Sequence record: OL780484.1
Source: Escherichia phage vB_EcoM-E33
Direction: 5' to 3' (one strand)
Length of the DNA: 64,000 bases
The notes beneath the pieces are model-generated. The model was given only the letters and a program-made list of their open reading frames with translations. It made no database searches and was not told the DNA's origin. Position 1 is the stretch's first letter. Each line of letters begins with the position of its first letter. Of this stretch, positions 63,345 to 64,000 are shown piece by piece. Both the position numbers and the translations under genes were made by a program.

Positions 63345-63907
63345 GTCTTTTTGATGATGACGTTGAACTGAACGAACATGAAGTTGCTTGGAAATCACGT
63401 AACGACGCTGCAATTCAAGCCTTGGCCGATTCATTTAAAGAAAAGGCTGAAAACGAACTGTTCGCCATTATGAATGATATCACATATGGTAAGAACCAAC
63501 GTAACTTGGCTCAGTCGGAAAACTACAATCAATTTTGGCTCGATAATAGTTTGAGCCAACATGTGGATTGTATTATGCAGGCTGCAATGGTTAACTGTCT
63601 GAAACTTGATGACCAAAGTCATTTCAACTATCTTTTACACGCTGTTCCTAAGGGTAAGAGGTTTGGTAAATGGGCTAAGGCCCATGATGATGAAGTTAGT
63701 GTAGTTTTTATTACTCGTTTATTGATGAAATACCATTCAATTAATAATGATGACGCTTATCGTTATCTCGAGACTTATAAAATTAAAGGCCATCTTCCTG
63801 CAGTGCTTAAGAAGATGAAAGGGTTGGTTACGGACGAATTCCTGAAATCCGTAACTAAAAATGTTAAAGAACAAAAAGACTTGAAAAAGAAAGCATTGGA
63901 ATGGTAA
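63335..63907 (+). CDS. 62: clamp loader small subunit gp62
   Basis: 190 aa; LNEHEVAW, DSFKEKAENE, GKRFGKWAK, GLVTDEFLKSVTKNVKEQK..KKKALEW match T4 gp62. Confidence 0.9.
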   Translation: MAISLFDDDVELNEHEVAWKSRNDAAIQALADSFKEKAENELFAIMNDITYGKNQRNLAQSENYNQFWLDNSLSQHVDCIMQAAMVNCLKLDDQSHFNYLLHAVPKGKRFGKWAKAHDDEVSVVFITRLLMKYHSINNDDAYRYLETYKIKGHLPAVLKKMKGLVTDEFLKSVTKNVKEQKDLKKKALEW

Positions 63908-63913
63908 ATTAAA

Positions 63914-64000
63914 ATGATTGAAATTACTCTGAAACAACCTGAAGACTTCTTGAAAGTGAAAGAGACCCTAACTCGTATGGGTATCGCTAATAATAAAGAA
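63914..64000 (+). CDS. regA: translational repressor RegA, N-terminal portion (runs off window end)
   Basis: MIEITLKQPEDFLKVKETLTRMGIANNK matches the T4 RegA N-terminus; ORF runs past the window end. Confidence 0.85.
   Translation, partial: MIEITLKQPEDFLKVKETLTRMGIANNKE

Overview
This window is a T4-type (T-even-like) myovirus genome segment with near-complete T4 synteny. Positions 1-18301 on the minus strand carry a late neck/baseplate module: gp14 (partial), gp13, fibritin (wac), gp12, gp11, gp10, gp9, gp8, gp7, gp6, one large unplaced ORF, gp5 and gp53. From 18347 to the end everything is on the plus strand: gp4, gp2, gp3, gp1, 57A, 57B, two tRNAs, NudE, lysozyme e, DenV, tk, rI, NrdC, gp55, gp47, gp46, gp45, gp44, gp62 and the start of regA, interspersed with many small ORFs, three free-standing homing endonucleases and about 16 repeated early-promoter cassettes. 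All calls rest on reading the six-frame translations against recalled T4 protein sequences and motifs; no database search was run. The most interesting items are: five dispersed proteins carrying the T4 capsid-targeting leader (MKTY[NQ][EQ]F..[IL]xE), a tandem array of four small paralogs ending in W-x-[ST]-S-..-C, a macro-domain protein next to two signal-peptide proteins, two nucleotidyltransferase-fold proteins, a 687-aa ORF in the slot where T4 has genes 5.1-5.4, and promoter-embedded stem-loops that would hide ribosome-binding sites in read-through transcripts. No CRISPR array, integrase or transposase was seen.
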